A stretch of 64,000 bases of DNA from Bacteriovoracia bacterium (GTDB lineage Bacteria; Bdellovibrionota; UBA1018; CAIPTA01): positions 64,001-128,000 of the forward strand of contig JBFWVL010000006.1 of NCBI GenBank assembly GCA_050246755.1. The letters run 5' to 3'. Every line of letters begins with the position of its first letter. Positions within the stretch are counted from its first letter, which is position 1. Of the stretch, positions 38,353 through 48,429 are shown piece after piece. Under the pieces are notes generated by a model that worked only from the letters and a program-made list of their open reading frames with translations, was not told where the DNA came from and made no database searches. Made by a program: the position numbers and the translations under genes.

Positions 38353-38682
38353 TTACTTCACAACTTTGTCGATAACACCTTTGATCGACTCGCGGGGCTG
38401 GTTGCCCACGAGTTGGTCAACGAGTTGCCCGTCTTTGAAAAAGATCATCGTGGGAATACCGCGTACCTTGTATTGCTGGGGAGCGTTTGGGCTTTCGTCC
38501 ACGTTCACCTTCACGACCTTGATTTTTTCTTTGTACTCGGTGGCGAGGCCGTCGAGTACAGGGCCTAAAGCCTTACACGGTCCGCACCATTCCGCCCAGA
38601 AATCCACCAGTACTGGACCGGGGTGTTGTAAAACCTCTTTTTCAAAGTTTTCATCCGACGCTGTAAATACGAATTCGTTCAT
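38353..38682 (-). CDS. trxA: Thioredoxin
   Basis: VDFWAEWCGPCK, GIPT. Confidence 0.96.
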   Translation of the reverse strand: MNEFVFTASDENFEKEVLQHPGPVLVDFWAEWCGPCKALGPVLDGLATEYKEKIKVVKVNVDESPNAPQQYKVRGIPTMIFFKDGQLVDQLVGNQPRESIKGVIDKVVK

Positions 38683-38803
38683 GCTTTCTCTTCCTTTTTC
38701 GCGGGTTTATCGCTAATTCTCATTGTAGCCTAGATAAGTAAATGGGTAAATGATCCACCCCGGTATTGCGCGGGATGTCATCATGGACTTAGGGGAGTTA
38801 CAC

Positions 38804-39406
38804 ATGAGCGCAGAAGAAAAAGCCCTCCAAAGTTTGAAAAGCCAGGTTTCTGAAGGCCAGCGTGTACGCGAAGAATTTTTCGCGCGGCAAACCGCCGAAG
38901 TGATCGCGATCGCGAAGATCATGGGCGAATGCATTGGCCGCGGAAATAAACTTTTGATCTGCGGAAATGGTGGCTCGGCCGCCGACTCGATTCACTTCTC
39001 CGGCGAAATGGTGGGGCGCATGATGCGCGAACGCCGCCCGTTACCGGCCATCGCATTGGCCGCGGATCTTTCCGCACTTACGGCTATTGGTAATGACTAT
39101 GGCTACGACCACGTTTTTTTGCGCGGCGTAGAAGCGTTCGGGAAGCGTGGTGATATTCTTTTTGCGCTCTCCACCAGCGGAAAATCCCCTAACGTGTTGA
39201 AGGCGGTGGAAGCCGCAAAAAAAATGGGACTCACCGTGATTGCCATGACCGGCGGCACGGGGGGGCCATTGGGAGAGGTGGCCGACCGTCATTTAAATGT
39301 CGCTCTCGGCAAGAACTCTCCCCGAATCCAAGAGGTCCATATTCAGGTGATTCATTTGCTCGTGGATTTAATGGACGAATTTTTTCTACCGGAGAAGCAG
39401 GCCTAG
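38804..39406 (+). CDS. gmhA: D-sedoheptulose-7-phosphate isomerase
   Basis: CGNGGSAADS.H, GNDYGY, STSGKS, RIQEVH; RBS ggggag before ATG 38804. Confidence 0.93.
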   Translation: MSAEEKALQSLKSQVSEGQRVREEFFARQTAEVIAIAKIMGECIGRGNKLLICGNGGSAADSIHFSGEMVGRMMRERRPLPAIALAADLSALTAIGNDYGYDHVFLRGVEAFGKRGDILFALSTSGKSPNVLKAVEAAKKMGLTVIAMTGGTGGPLGEVADRHLNVALGKNSPRIQEVHIQVIHLLVDLMDEFFLPEKQA

Positions 39407-39829
39407 ATGCTGCTTTGGAAAAATCCTTTATTCCTGAATCGCCTGATCGGAAAGGCCATCGACCTCATTATCGTGGTGGCTCTCGTTAGTGTTCTTTATC
39501 CTGCCGGCCCTTTAGCCGGGTTTCTCTATATCTTAATCTGCGACGGCCTGAAAAATGGCCGCAGTATTGGCAAGCGGGTGGTGGGGCTGCGCGTAGTTAA
39601 CACGGTGACCGGTAAGCCAGCCGACTTCAAGGATTCGATCGTCAGAAATTCGACGGTGGCCATCCCGACCCTCTTTTCTATGGTGCCCATAGTCGGTTGG
39701 TTTCTTTGGATTGTTATTGGAATTCCAATACTTGCTATCGAGGTATACCTCATGACAAGATTAGATCAGCAAGCTCGACTGGGCGACACGATGGCTGATA
39801 CGAAAGTTTCAGAGTGGGTGGAAGTCTAG
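39407..39829 (+). CDS. RDD family membrane protein
   Basis: R...AID, GRSIGKR..GLRVV, RN, RLGDTMADTKV. Confidence 0.88.
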   Translation: MLLWKNPLFLNRLIGKAIDLIIVVALVSVLYPAGPLAGFLYILICDGLKNGRSIGKRVVGLRVVNTVTGKPADFKDSIVRNSTVAIPTLFSMVPIVGWFLWIVIGIPILAIEVYLMTRLDQQARLGDTMADTKVSEWVEV

Positions 39830-39892
39830 GAGAGAGTGTAAAAGTTCGAGGTTAAGTTCAACGTTAAACGCTTCAAGGAAGGAGCAATTAAG

Positions 39893-40198
39893 ATGAGTGC
39901 AGAGAAATTAGGACCCTGGGACGCAGAATCCATCAGACGTGCACGGAAGGCACGCAATTTGACTCAGGCAGAGTTGGCTGAGGGACTCGGCTGTCGTCAA
40001 CAGACGATCAGCGAGTGGGAGCTTGGAATGTACGCACCGAAAAACGCGTACCAAAAGTTGCTCACGATGTTCTTCGGATCCGCTCCTGTAGTGGCCGAGG
40101 CTATGCCTACGCAAGCCGTGTGGAGCAACGATTCAGAAATTCTGAACGTAGCTATCCCATCCACTTCGAGTGAAGCTCTTCTCTCCGAGAAGAACTAA
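39893..40198 (+). CDS. XRE-family HTH protein
   Basis: IRRARKARNLTQAELAEGLGCRQQTISEWELG..P; RBS aaggag. Confidence 0.88.
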   Translation: MSAEKLGPWDAESIRRARKARNLTQAELAEGLGCRQQTISEWELGMYAPKNAYQKLLTMFFGSAPVVAEAMPTQAVWSNDSEILNVAIPSTSSEALLSEKN

Positions 40199-40221
40199 AT
40201 TCCTTAGCGTTTGAGATTCGT

Positions 40222-40256
40222 AAGGGCAGCCGGTAACGGTTGCCCTTTTTTCTTTT
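40222..40256 (+). terminator. Rho-independent terminator
   Basis: AAGGGCAGCC-ggtaac-GGTTGCCCTT plus T run. Confidence 0.8.
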
Positions 40257-40276
40257 GGTAGAGTGTAAAATTTAAA

Positions 40277-40322
40277 AAACAAAAAAAGCCTGAGCAACAC
40301 TGCTCAGGCTTTTTTTTGTTTT
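40277..40322. terminator. Bidirectional terminator hairpin
   Basis: AAAAAAAGCCTGAGC-aacact-GCTCAGGCTTTTTTT. Confidence 0.8.
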
Positions 40323-40342
40323 ATCCGGTGGAGTGAAGCGGG

Positions 40343-41572
40343 CTAGTCGGCGGAGCCGCTTTCCGATTTATCGGAAGAATCATCCGATGCGGATTCATTG
40401 TCGTGGGCTTCTTCGGCTTCTTCTTTCGACATCGGTGCATGAATATTCGTCGCGTCGGTGCAGATTCGGTTCATGCGTTCGGCGTCGTTGAACTGGTAAT
40501 ATTTATTCCAGAACAAGCGGCGCGCTACCGTGAGCTCGTAGTGTCCCATGTCCACGTGCTCTCCCGGCTCGCCGCAGCTCATGGCGCCCAAGCGGCATTC
40601 GCGGCTGTTAAAATCGGCAAAGATCGCTGCCGTGATGGAAGCCATTCGGTTGGCCGCCATTGCTTCTACGTAGTACTTGGTGGAAAAACCGTGTCCTTGC
40701 TCTCGCTCGAATTGTTCTTTTACTTCCTTGGAGGCCGAGCGAAGTAAGGCGGGGCTCAGGCGTTGGTCGATCGAGGCAAATGCTTTTTTCATCTGCGCTA
40801 CTTGCGCCTCGCTGCTGGCATTGCTTCCGCAAATTTCTTTCGTGCGGGCGATGAATTTTTCCAGGCGGCCATCGATATCGGCCTTAGACAAGGTTCGGGC
40901 TTGGGATTTAATTTTCATGTCCCCGTCGATTTGGTCTTTCGTTTTGTAAGCGCTGGCTTCCAGGCCGATGCCAGTGAAGCCGAAGTCCAGGAGAGCCTGG
41001 CGTAGTTCCACTTGGCTGGGTTTCCATTGGCGCTGATTCATGAAGGCGATGAGCTGGTGCACTTTTTGATCGTCTTTATCCGGAAGCATCATCATCAGGG
41101 CTTCGTGGAAATAAAGTTTTCCGCGGGTTTCTTTTCCTTCGGCTTTTCCGAGAGCGGTATCGGAGGTGAGCTCTTTGCTCACGTACACTTCTCTCCCGCT
41201 TTGGCAGGCGCCTTTGGAGCCTACGAGACGGGTTTTCGGTTCGATCTTCGCGCAAGGATCTTTGCCGGGAAGGGCGAACCAAGAAATAGGTCTAATGCGC
41301 TCATTCACGTCGGGTTCAGAGCTGGGATCTACCACCTGGCGCAGAATGGCGCCGAATCTAGGAATGCGCTCTTCAAAAGCGCGGATATACGTATCCGTTA
41401 CGTCGAAGTCGGGAAGATCTTTGGCGTGCACGGCGTGGTCTTCCGCGAGTTTTTTATTTATCAAAAGGCCGCCGCCGGTGCTGGCGCCGCCTTCGGCCCA
41501 GGCGCTAGAGGCGCAGGCAAAAGTGGTAAGGGTGAGGGCGATCACTTGTTTGAGCGTTAACTGTTTCATCAC
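40343..41572 (-). CDS. Secreted hypothetical protein (GGxxxGGG mature N-terminus)
   Basis: Signal peptide then EGGASTGGG; FHEAL motif; acidic tail; RBS aggag. Confidence 0.7.
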   Translation of the reverse strand: MMKQLTLKQVIALTLTTFACASSAWAEGGASTGGGLLINKKLAEDHAVHAKDLPDFDVTDTYIRAFEERIPRFGAILRQVVDPSSEPDVNERIRPISWFALPGKDPCAKIEPKTRLVGSKGACQSGREVYVSKELTSDTALGKAEGKETRGKLYFHEALMMMLPDKDDQKVHQLIAFMNQRQWKPSQVELRQALLDFGFTGIGLEASAYKTKDQIDGDMKIKSQARTLSKADIDGRLEKFIARTKEICGSNASSEAQVAQMKKAFASIDQRLSPALLRSASKEVKEQFEREQGHGFSTKYYVEAMAANRMASITAAIFADFNSRECRLGAMSCGEPGEHVDMGHYELTVARRLFWNKYYQFNDAERMNRICTDATNIHAPMSKEEAEEAHDNESASDDSSDKSESGSAD

Positions 41573-41694
41573 TAACTCCTGTATCGGTTTATTTTGATCA
41601 ACTATTAAGATGATTATGCAGGAGAGGCAGAGGCGAAAATAGGTTTAATTAATTAAAAAGTACGCTATAATTTAATCAAATGGATAATTTATAA

Positions 41695-42516
41695 GTGCCT
41701 AATACTACTAAGCAAATCTCCTGTTTTGCCTATTTGGACTACCGGAACTACCTAAAAGACCGCCTCCCGGTGACCGGAACTACCCGAGGGCAGCGTTCTA
41801 AGCTCGCGGCCGCCCTTGGTCTCCAAACGGCTTTCGTTTCTCGCGTGCTCCACGGAGAAGCCGAGTTCAGTCTCGAGCACGCCATGACGATCAACCGCTT
41901 TCTCGGGCATACCGAGGGCGAAAGCGAGTTCTTCGTTTTGCTGATCCAGTGGGGCAGGGCGGGCACCGCCGAACTGAAGGCTTACTGGAAAAGGAAACTC
42001 GACGCGATCCTCGAGCAACGCCAAATCGTGGCCGAGAGAATCCAAATCAAAGAAACCTTAAATTCCGAAGACCAGATGACCTATTACAGCGCCTGGTACT
42101 TCTCCGCCGTCCACATCATGCTGATGGTCCCTCGCTGGCAAACGGCTTCCGCCCTCGCGGAGTATTTGCAGCTTCCTCTCGCGCAGGTGAATCGCGTGCT
42201 CGAGTTTCTGGTGGGGGTAAGCCTTGCCAAGGAGGAGGCTGGAAAATTTACGATCGGAAAAAATCGAATTCACCTTGGGAAAAATTCTCCTATTTTGCCT
42301 CGGCATCATAGTAATTGGCGCATGCGCGGGATGCAGAGCATGGAGAGATTTTCGGGGGAGGATCTTTTTTACTCCGGGCCGATATCGCTTTCGGAGGCCG
42401 ACGCAAAAAAAATACGCGAGATGCTGCTCTCTTTCTTGGAGCAGAAGGAGAAGTTGATTGAGCCTTCGCCTGAGGAAACGGTGTTTTGCTTGGGGATCGA
42501 TTACTTTCGGCTCTGA
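41695..42516 (+). CDS. TIGR02147/DUF4423 family HTH-containing protein
   Basis: YLDYRNYL...RG..SKLA..LG...FVSRVL.G, YYSAWY..AVH, HHSNWR. Confidence 0.8.
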   Translation: MPNTTKQISCFAYLDYRNYLKDRLPVTGTTRGQRSKLAAALGLQTAFVSRVLHGEAEFSLEHAMTINRFLGHTEGESEFFVLLIQWGRAGTAELKAYWKRKLDAILEQRQIVAERIQIKETLNSEDQMTYYSAWYFSAVHIMLMVPRWQTASALAEYLQLPLAQVNRVLEFLVGVSLAKEEAGKFTIGKNRIHLGKNSPILPRHHSNWRMRGMQSMERFSGEDLFYSGPISLSEADAKKIREMLLSFLEQKEKLIEPSPEETVFCLGIDYFRL

Positions 42517-42570
42517 TTGGTGTCTGACACCTTTTGGTGAGGCGTGCGTCAATTCGGGCCACCCGTTCGC

Positions 42571-42599
42571 TTGCCAGGCAGGGCACTCCCGGCTAAATT
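42571..42599 (+). promoter_or_regulatory. sigma70 promoter TTGCCA-N17-TAAATT, 9 nt before the polA ATG
   Basis: Read directly; no Shine-Dalgarno before polA. Confidence 0.6.
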
Positions 42600-42608
42600 A
42601 ACCGCCTC

Positions 42609-45455
42609 ATGCCAGATAAAAAACCTCTCCTCTGCCTCATCGATGCTTCCGGATTTATTTTCCGCGCTTTCTACGCGGTTCGCCACTTGAGCAATAAATC
42701 GGGACTACCCACCAACGCCGTATTCGGTTTCGCGAATATGATCCTGAAGGTTTTAGAAGATGTTCGTCCCACCCACATCGCGGTGATCTACGATACGAAG
42801 CACCCGAGCTTCCGCAAAGAAATGTATACGGAGTACAAGGCGAACCGCTCGGCCGTGCCCGAAGATCTCGTGCCCCAATTTCCTTACATCAAAAAATTCG
42901 TGAAGACCCTCGGCTTGCCGGCCTTCGAGCAGGAGGGTTTCGAGGCCGATGATCTGATCGCCACCTTCGCGCACCAGGCGGCGGATCTTTCGCAGGAGCA
43001 CCCCGACGTTTGCATCGTATCGAGCGACAAAGATTTGATGCAGTTGGTGACCGACAAAATCTACCTCTACGACACGATGAAGGACCAGCGTTACTATCCG
43101 CAGGAAGTGAAAGAAAAGCTCGGCGTGCTGCCGGAGCTCGTGCCGGATTACCTCGGTATCGTGGGCGATACCTCCGACAATATTCCTGGCGTAAAAGGCA
43201 TCGGGCCCAAGGGCGCGGTGGCCCTGCTCGAACAATTCGGTTCGATGGAAGGCATCTACGAGAATATCGAAGCGGTAAAAAAGGAAGGCCAGCGCAAGAC
43301 GCTGATCGATTGCAAAGACCAGGCGATTCTTTCCAAGCAGCTCGCCACCGTGAAGCGCGACATGAAAATCCCCACCGATTGGCATTCCCTGCGCTGCGAG
43401 CCCAAGGCCAGCGAAGAGTTTTTTACTCTTCTTCAGGAGCTGGATTTTCAGAATCTCGAAAAAAAGATGCGGGCCTGGGCCATGCCCGAAGGTTCCCGTT
43501 CTTCCCGCCACGAGCCGGGAAAAGCCAATAATGCCGTGATCGCGCCGGCTCCTCCCTTCGATCCGGAAATGGATTCCGCATCCGGCGATTCGGCCGTTTC
43601 CCATTCCGCTTCCACGAGCGACGAAGTGGCCGCCGCCAAAAAAGAGTACGTGGTGGTGAAAGACCTTACCGCGCTCGAAAAAATCTTCAAAAGCCTCGCT
43701 GCGGTGAAAGAAATCGCCATCGATACCGAAACCACCTCCTTGGAGGTGCACGACGCCGCCGTGGTGGGATTCTCTTTCTGCGCCGACGGCGCCACCGCTT
43801 ACTACGTGCCCGTGGGCCACTTGGTGGCGGGCACCGACTACCGCTGCGAAGGCCAGTGCGACGCAGAGGACGCCCTCGCGCTCTTCGCGAAATTCCTCGA
43901 AGGCAAAAAGATCGTGGGCCAGAACCTGAAGTACGACCTGAACGTATTGCGCGCGGCTGGGATCCAGCTCAAGCCGGAGCAGATCGCCTTCGACACGATG
44001 ATCGCTTCGTATATCTTAACCCCGGATGGCCGCCATAACTTGGACCTGCTTTCCGAAAAATACCTCGGCCACCGCAATATTAAATTTGAAGACGTGGTGG
44101 GCGAGGGCAAGGCGCAGATTCCCTTCGCCCAATCCGCGATTGAAACCGCCGGCGAATACGCTGCCGAGGACGCGCACGTGGCTTATTTGCTCACGCAGAA
44201 GCTGCGTGCCCAGCTAGCGGCCCTTCCCGCCCAGGAAAAAGTTTTCCGCGAAATCGATATGCCGCTCCTCTGCGTGCTGGCCGCGATGGAATGGGAGGGG
44301 GTGGCGATCGACGTTCCGCTCCTCAGGGAGCTTTCCGAGAAGTTTGCGGTTACGCTCAAGGAGCTTGAAAAAGAAGCGCATAAGCTGGCCGGCGGGGAAT
44401 TCAATCTCGCGAGCCCTAAGCAATTGCAGAAAATTCTCTTCGAAGATTTGAAGCTGCCCGCCATGAGGAAAACCAAAACCGGTTTTTCTACCGACGTGGA
44501 TGTGTTGCAAAAACTTAGCAGCCTCCATGCGTTGCCCGCTCTGATTCTCGAGGTTCGGGAGCTTTCAAAGCTCAAGGGAACTTACGTGGACGTATTGCCC
44601 ACGCTGGTACATCCCAAGACTGGGCGTGTGCACGCGCACTTCAATCAAACCGTGGCCGCCACGGGGCGCCTCTCGAGCTCGGATCCCAACCTGCAAAATA
44701 TTCCGATCCGTACCGAGAGCGGGAAGCTCGTGCGCAAGGCCTTCATCGCGAGGCCGGGATGGAGCTTGATCGGCGCCGACTATAGCCAGATTGAGCTGCG
44801 TATCCTGGCTTCCATGAGCGGGGACGAATTGCTCACCAAGGCTTTTAGCGAAGGACAAGACGTGCATGCGCTCACCGCTTCCCAGCTCTTTTCGGTGGAC
44901 CTCAAAAAAGTGGATCCCGACCAGCGCCGGAAGGCGAAGGCGATCAACTTCGGCTTGCTCTATGGCAAGGGCGTCTTCGCGCTCGCCGAGGACTTGAATA
45001 TTTCCCGCACCGAAGCTTCGGACATCATTAAGCGCTATTTCGAGCGCTACCCCACGATCCGTGGATTCCTCGACGGCCTCAAGGCGGAGGCCAAGCGCAC
45101 CGGTTACGCCGAAACGCTCTTCGGCCGCCGCCGTTATATCGAGGGAATCAATTCCCAGAATAAAATGATCGCCGCGGGTGCTGAGCGCGTGGCGGTAAAC
45201 GCTCCTATCCAGGGCACCGCCGCCGACATCGTGAAGATCGCCATGGACCATCTGGCCGCGGCCCTCACGAAGGAAAAACTGAGAACGCGGCTGACGCTGC
45301 AGGTGCACGACGAATTGGTGCTCGAGGCCCCGGCCGACGAGATCGACGAGGCCAAGCGCCTCATCAAGCTACATATGGAAAGCGCCGGCGAGGGCAAGAT
45401 CAAGGTACCGCTCACCGTGGATATCGGCGTGGCTAAGAACTGGCTGGATCTCTAG
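42609..45455 (+). CDS. polA: DNA polymerase I
   Basis: 5'-3' exonuclease (FEADD, GDTSDNIPGVKGIG), 3'-5' exonuclease (DTETT), polymerase motifs TGRLSSSDPNLQNIP, ADYSQIELR, QVHDEL. Confidence 0.98.
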   Translation: MPDKKPLLCLIDASGFIFRAFYAVRHLSNKSGLPTNAVFGFANMILKVLEDVRPTHIAVIYDTKHPSFRKEMYTEYKANRSAVPEDLVPQFPYIKKFVKTLGLPAFEQEGFEADDLIATFAHQAADLSQEHPDVCIVSSDKDLMQLVTDKIYLYDTMKDQRYYPQEVKEKLGVLPELVPDYLGIVGDTSDNIPGVKGIGPKGAVALLEQFGSMEGIYENIEAVKKEGQRKTLIDCKDQAILSKQLATVKRDMKIPTDWHSLRCEPKASEEFFTLLQELDFQNLEKKMRAWAMPEGSRSSRHEPGKANNAVIAPAPPFDPEMDSASGDSAVSHSASTSDEVAAAKKEYVVVKDLTALEKIFKSLAAVKEIAIDTETTSLEVHDAAVVGFSFCADGATAYYVPVGHLVAGTDYRCEGQCDAEDALALFAKFLEGKKIVGQNLKYDLNVLRAAGIQLKPEQIAFDTMIASYILTPDGRHNLDLLSEKYLGHRNIKFEDVVGEGKAQIPFAQSAIETAGEYAAEDAHVAYLLTQKLRAQLAALPAQEKVFREIDMPLLCVLAAMEWEGVAIDVPLLRELSEKFAVTLKELEKEAHKLAGGEFNLASPKQLQKILFEDLKLPAMRKTKTGFSTDVDVLQKLSSLHALPALILEVRELSKLKGTYVDVLPTLVHPKTGRVHAHFNQTVAATGRLSSSDPNLQNIPIRTESGKLVRKAFIARPGWSLIGADYSQIELRILASMSGDELLTKAFSEGQDVHALTASQLFSVDLKKVDPDQRRKAKAINFGLLYGKGVFALAEDLNISRTEASDIIKRYFERYPTIRGFLDGLKAEAKRTGYAETLFGRRRYIEGINSQNKMIAAGAERVAVNAPIQGTAADIVKIAMDHLAAALTKEKLRTRLTLQVHDELVLEAPADEIDEAKRLIKLHMESAGEGKIKVPLTVDIGVAKNWLDL

Positions 45456-45458
45456 CTT

Positions 45459-47291
45459 TTACTTTAAGCTAGCAGGGCTACCGATCGCCGGGCTTAGGCC
45501 TTTTAGCTGGCGATCCAGCTCTCTGAACATGAATTCCGTTGCGCGATAAGGCGTGGTGATCCGGCGATCCAGATTATCGTTGAGGGTGATATGCACGCCA
45601 TCGCGGCCGGCCATCTGGTGGCACTGGGCGCAACTCACGCGGTGGAACGTGAGCGTGTTTGCATCGTGGCGGCGTGGATCGCGGTAGAATTCGGGCGTGA
45701 GGTCCTTGAGGATCTGCTCGAGCTCCGCCTTGCGCTTGCCCTTGCTGCGCTTGATTTCTTCCCGGAAGAGCACGGTATCGTAGGCCGTGGAATAAAAACC
45801 GAGATCGATACCCGCGCGCACCACCCGCATCGGTTCGAGGCGGCGCGCTTCGTTATAGGAGCGGGTGAGGGTGCCGAAAACCCAGATGCCGGTGAGCGAA
45901 GAAGAGAAGGCGATGGTTTGCACCGGGCGCTGGGTGAATTCGCGCACGAAGGCGATCGTGGCGGCTTCGGCATTGGCCGCGCTTTCCTTTTCGCGTACCT
46001 CGGTGAGCTTATCGAGGCGGGTTAAAAAATACCGGAGCTGTTCTTGGCGCTGCTCTGGTTTTGCGAGGCGATCCACGGCGTCGAACATCAGATGGATATA
46101 AAGCTGTTCGTAGGCGTGTTTGCCGGCCGGATCCATCAGTTGAAAAATGAAGCGGACCTGCGGGGTTTTCTCTTCGCCCGAAAAATGGATGTCGGTTTCT
46201 GGCTCATAAGGACGGGAGAGGATCGAGACCAATTTATAGCGGGCGGGATCCGAAACATCGGCGGCCACATTGGTGATGGGGAAGATATCCAGGCCCGAAG
46301 TGTAGAGGTTTTTCGTGGTTACGTCGGAGAGCTTGAGCGTGTCGTTGCCGGGTTCCGAGGCTTCATTGAAGTCGGGGGTCGGTTTTCCGTTTAGGAAACC
46401 AAGAAACTTTTCCCAGCCCTCGCTGCCCATGAGGTTAGTAAGGGGGAATTCTTTCGCCGTGGCGGGAGTGGCATCGAATACCAGCTGGCGGGGCTTATTT
46501 AGGAATTCCAGCCCAGGCTGGGGGCGGGGCTCCGAGATGCCATAGTCCGGCAGGAATCCATCCGGGTAGAACCACATGGAATTTTCGCGCAGGGAATACA
46601 CATCGCCGTAGCGGGGCCACTTGGTGCGGCTGAACTCTTCCGTCACGAGCTTGAGAATTCCTACCTTGGCTTCATATTTTTCGAGGAGAGCCGGAGGAAT
46701 ATCCGCGAAGGTGCGGAAAGAGTCAGCATAGGGATCGATTTCTTTGAACGCGTCGAAATCGGAAGCCTCGTGGGCGAAGTGTTTTCCGCACTGAGCGTCG
46801 GGGCGGGTCTTCACATAGTAGTCGAAGCTGATGTCCACCAGCGTATAGCCGGCGGCTCTCTCTTCGGCGTACATGTCGGGGAATTCGTTGATATGCCGAA
46901 CCCAGTAGGTGGATTTTACTTCGCAGCCTTCCGGCGTGGCCCCGATGGAAGCGTGGTCGATATGGCGATTTTCTCCGGAAACTCCCGATTTAATCAGCTG
47001 CGCCCAGCTCCGCTGGTAGCCGCTTTGGTAAACGGGATAGATCGGATCGGCGGCTCCGAGGCCGGTATCGTAGAAAAAATAATTGAATTGAGGGCGGGAA
47101 AAGCCGAAGTTTTCTTCGAAGTAAGTATTGATATCGTAGATCGAGCCCGGGCGAAGTGCCGCATGGTTACTTTCGGTGATCTTTTCTTGCCAGCGGTGAC
47201 GCACCACCGACATCGGATATTTATTCTCGATGGCCATGGCCTCGGCCGCAAAGATAGACGTAAGTACCAGCGCCGCGATTATAAATTTCAT
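45459..47291 (-). CDS. Secreted hypothetical protein with one C-terminal CxxCH heme-binding motif
   Basis: Signal peptide; CAQCH; RBS gaggga. Confidence 0.65.
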   Translation of the reverse strand: MKFIIAALVLTSIFAAEAMAIENKYPMSVVRHRWQEKITESNHAALRPGSIYDINTYFEENFGFSRPQFNYFFYDTGLGAADPIYPVYQSGYQRSWAQLIKSGVSGENRHIDHASIGATPEGCEVKSTYWVRHINEFPDMYAEERAAGYTLVDISFDYYVKTRPDAQCGKHFAHEASDFDAFKEIDPYADSFRTFADIPPALLEKYEAKVGILKLVTEEFSRTKWPRYGDVYSLRENSMWFYPDGFLPDYGISEPRPQPGLEFLNKPRQLVFDATPATAKEFPLTNLMGSEGWEKFLGFLNGKPTPDFNEASEPGNDTLKLSDVTTKNLYTSGLDIFPITNVAADVSDPARYKLVSILSRPYEPETDIHFSGEEKTPQVRFIFQLMDPAGKHAYEQLYIHLMFDAVDRLAKPEQRQEQLRYFLTRLDKLTEVREKESAANAEAATIAFVREFTQRPVQTIAFSSSLTGIWVFGTLTRSYNEARRLEPMRVVRAGIDLGFYSTAYDTVLFREEIKRSKGKRKAELEQILKDLTPEFYRDPRRHDANTLTFHRVSCAQCHQMAGRDGVHITLNDNLDRRITTPYRATEFMFRELDRQLKGLSPAIGSPASLK

Positions 47292-47358
47292 TTTCGTCCC
47301 TCTAGTATTGCGAGGAAATTTACTACATTTACGCGATAAACGAAATATCTAGATGCGC

Positions 47359-48429
47359 CTAAGGAAGCGCGAGGGTGCGGGTGGCCTGTAGCTCTTTTCC
47401 GATCTCTTCGGCCCATATTCTCGAAGCCTGCGCGTTCAGGTGGCTATCCCAGCCTAAGCCGTAGCTTTGCAGCGCTTCATCCCAGGATTCCACATGGAGA
47501 GCGGCGTAGGCGTCCACGCAGGGGATATGCTGGCTCGCGCAAAGATCGCGGTAGGCTTTCAGGTATTCGGCCTTTCCTTCCAGATAAATGAGGAGGAAGG
47601 GCAACTTCTTTTTCCGCGCGGCTTCGATGGCGCGTCGAATGGGACGGATGGTAGAGGTATGCACGAACTCAGGGGATGCGGCGTCGGGAAGGTAGGGGAC
47701 GTTTGTATTGTCTCCGCGATTAACGTCCACGCTGACTTTTCTCCAATGGCCCAGCAAGTAATTATAGGAGAGAACCATCGCGCTTACGGTTTTTGATCGC
47801 AGGAGCCACGCGGGCGAATTGCGAAGAGCGAAGGCGGCAAAATCGGGGGAGTGATGGGTAATACCGGTATTCTTATTTACCAGCCAGTGTTCGGGCGTGG
47901 CCGCGCGCGCCGCCTCGTCGTCGTTGCTGTTCGCAAAGTACACCACCAGGTTCGGTCGGTAGGCGAGGGCCAATTTTTCCAGGACCGCGGTTTTTTGTAC
48001 GGCGTTATAGCCCAGAACCGCAAAGTTCAGCGTTTCGGCGTCTAGCCCGAACCTTAGCTTCAGGGGGGACCGCATTGCTTCGCCTAGAGAATCGACAAAA
48101 GGCAGGCCGAACCCCATCGCGTGCGAATCGCCCACCAGCGCCACGCGAAACTTCCCCGCCGGCGGCGTGGGCGCCCACTCGTCTCCCCGGAATCCAAGGG
48201 AATTTATTTTTAGAAAAGTTCCGGTGGCGAAACCGCGAAAATTAGGCACCAGGGTATAGCCGACTTCGGGATCGGAGTGCCGTGCGTATATGTTTTCGGG
48301 CGGCGAAAAAAAAGCGGGAGGCAAAATCATGCGGATGCTGATTTCCAGGAGGAGAAGGGTGCCCGTTAAGAGAAGAAGGCCGATGATGAGCCAGTGCGAC
48401 CAACCGAAAACCTGGGGCCCGGCTTTCAT
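47359..48429 (-). CDS. Membrane-anchored SGNH/GDSL hydrolase
   Basis: NSLGFRG, VGDSHAMG, NFAVLGYN, NDD, DSHLN. Confidence 0.85.
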   Translation of the reverse strand: MKAGPQVFGWSHWLIIGLLLLTGTLLLLEISIRMILPPAFFSPPENIYARHSDPEVGYTLVPNFRGFATGTFLKINSLGFRGDEWAPTPPAGKFRVALVGDSHAMGFGLPFVDSLGEAMRSPLKLRFGLDAETLNFAVLGYNAVQKTAVLEKLALAYRPNLVVYFANSNDDEAARAATPEHWLVNKNTGITHHSPDFAAFALRNSPAWLLRSKTVSAMVLSYNYLLGHWRKVSVDVNRGDNTNVPYLPDAASPEFVHTSTIRPIRRAIEAARKKKLPFLLIYLEGKAEYLKAYRDLCASQHIPCVDAYAALHVESWDEALQSYGLGWDSHLNAQASRIWAEEIGKELQATRTLALP

